Made by a program: the position numbers and the translations under genes
Virus record (IMG/VR): IMGVR_UViG_3300044820_000040
Coordinates: 1 to 24,526 of that record
Origin: a virus
Lineage: Duplodnaviria > Caudoviricetes
Reading direction: 5' to 3' (one strand)
DNA: 24,526 bases
In this document: one piece after another, positions 24,525-24,526 of the stretch
Layout: every line of letters begins with the position of its first letter
Numbering within the stretch: position 1 is the stretch's first letter
Notes under the pieces: generated by a model
What the model was told of the DNA's origin: nothing
Database searches by the model: none
Seen by the model: only the letters and a program-made list of their open reading frames with translations

Positions 24525-24526
24525 GA

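Noticed and set aside
1-24526. CRISPR array, tRNA genes, att sites, recoded stop codons
   Set aside because: No regularly spaced repeats, cloverleafs or integrase seen by eye. All three stop codons end genes normally and ORFs tile densely under the standard code.

Overview
The window is a gene-dense piece of a tailed dsDNA phage or prophage with podovirus-type (short non-contractile tail) organisation. Spanins indicate a Gram-negative host. No host genes, integrase, tRNA, CRISPR or reverse transcriptase are visible. The + strand (1-18610) is the morphogenesis operon: end of a probable large terminase, portal, scaffold, N4-gp56-type major capsid protein, three small genes, head-tail adaptor, nozzle, a beta-propeller tail protein, a collar-domain fibre, holin-like gene and endolysin, a GNAT protein and three probable ejection proteins. 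It ends with a PurD-like ATP-grasp ligase whose substrate motifs are altered and whose 3' end is overprinted by a second gene. The - strand (24526-18592) carries a truncated putative ssDNA-binding protein, an HTH protein and a primase-helicase (AEP + DUF927-like), followed directly by two appendage-like proteins, a coiled-coil protein and the Rz/Rz1-type spanins. The best leads are: the repurposed PurD-like ligase with its 89-codon overlapping partner; a ~120-aa Ig/FnIII-like insertion in the capsid protein; twin CGUUA-loop hairpins in the scaffold leader; an unannotated 23-codon ORF over a terminator-like hairpin; and four appendage proteins sharing two N-terminal anchor motifs. All product calls come from reading motifs and gene order; no database searches were run.
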